DNA from: Hydrolagus affinis
Lineage: Eukaryota
NCBI GenBank assembly: GCA_012026655.1
Contig: JAAILG010000027.1
Location: 124,001-188,000 of the forward strand
Length of the DNA: 64,000 bases
Direction of reading: 5' to 3'
Shown: in pieces, positions 62,936 to 64,000 of the stretch
How the letters are laid out: every line of letters begins with the position of its first letter
Numbering within the stretch: the first letter of the stretch is position 1
Made by a program: the position numbers and the translations under genes
The notes under the pieces: generated by a model
The model's database searches: none
Told to the model about the DNA's origin: nothing
Seen by the model: the letters and a program-made list of their open reading frames with translations, nothing else

Positions 62936-64000
62936 CTTATGGTTTCACAAACGATCACACAAGGTTTGGCTGAAGATTAGCCAATCGCCTGTAGTTTCAC
63001 AATGTAATCCTACCAGCTTCCTAATACAACATCATATCCTTTCTCCTTCTCACCTGAGTGAAGTGTCCTTGTCTCAATCACACTCATATTCATCTATCCC
63101 AGCTGGCAGTTGCCCTCCCAAAATAATAAATAGTTTCTAGCATGTACCTAAAATTACCCTCCACAGCTCTGAAGTCCTTCGTCCTGCTCCCTTAGCATAT
63201 CTGAAATATACTGCTCTGGGTTTCCTTCCTGTAACCCGTTCCGCATTTTATATGCATCAGCAAATGTCCCCTATCCCTGTGTGTTTAGCGGGCGGATGAG
63301 AGTTCGGGCACAGCTGTGACACTCTCAATAGTCCAGCCACCTGCCAGCACATACATAAACAATGGCCACTTAGGTAGGGCAACGGGGCATGTGTACCCCA
63401 GCAATAGGATAGGAGTAGAGAGGCATATTCCAGTGGTGAGTACATTTTTTAAAATAATGGGCAGATTACATTGTTTTAAAAATCAAGCGGTGACATGGCT
63501 GCCTCTTTAGCGCAGTACAGCCTGATGTTTGTTGCAATCCCAACAAAACAGTGGGGATGGGCCTTAAAACAAAAAAATTACTGCTTAACATGACTAACTG
63601 TAGGTCAAATCATTTGCCCACAAAACAGACAGTCACTAAACTTTGCAGCTTATGCTGAGAAGTGCTTTTGAACATTGTCCTGCTGTGGAAGGCACTACAC
63701 CAAATGTCAGGATTACCAATATTATCACTATTAATAAACCAGGCCACTGCTCCCTTGGACCTGAGTCTCCGGTGACAAGAGCAGCACATCCATTCACCTC
63801 CACCAGGAAGAAACGTCTGTCTGCCGAACTCAGCCAAGTGATTCAATGTGAAAGGTGGAAATGTGGGAGGAATTACCAGGATAAGGACTTCACACTGGCA
63901 ATAATACTTTTATAGTTCCATGCTCCTTTACTAAAAGTTATCCCCGTGTTTATTTGGCACCCATGCAAGACGCATTTTCACTCCCCACCAACAAATGTTT

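Noticed and set aside
63720-63990. Possible RTE-type LINE relic
   Set aside because: Similarity too weak to support without an alignment.

Overview
Vertebrate genomic DNA, almost entirely intronic. The repeat content (tRNA-head Deu-domain SINEs, L2 and CR1 LINE 3' ends, Penelope-like relics, Tigger-like MITEs) suggests a cartilaginous fish, most likely a chimaera such as Callorhinchus (inference). The only supported host coding sequence is one 232-bp minus-strand exon (13180-13411) encoding a C2H2 zinc finger of a ZFHX4-like zinc-finger homeobox gene. No other exon was recognised, so the upstream intron is probably >50 kb. The rest is a layered transposon record plus repeat-free blocks that look like conserved non-coding elements, and there are three assembly gaps. 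The most notable structures are hammerhead-ribozyme-like motifs in Penelope-like terminal repeats (one sense to the host pre-mRNA), nested MITEs, a local duplication giving an empty/filled MITE site pair, a near-perfect 84-bp direct repeat, and several hairpins built from inverted L2 tails. No clearly new multi-gene system is evident. Repeat boundaries are read by eye and approximate unless TIRs or splice sites are quoted.
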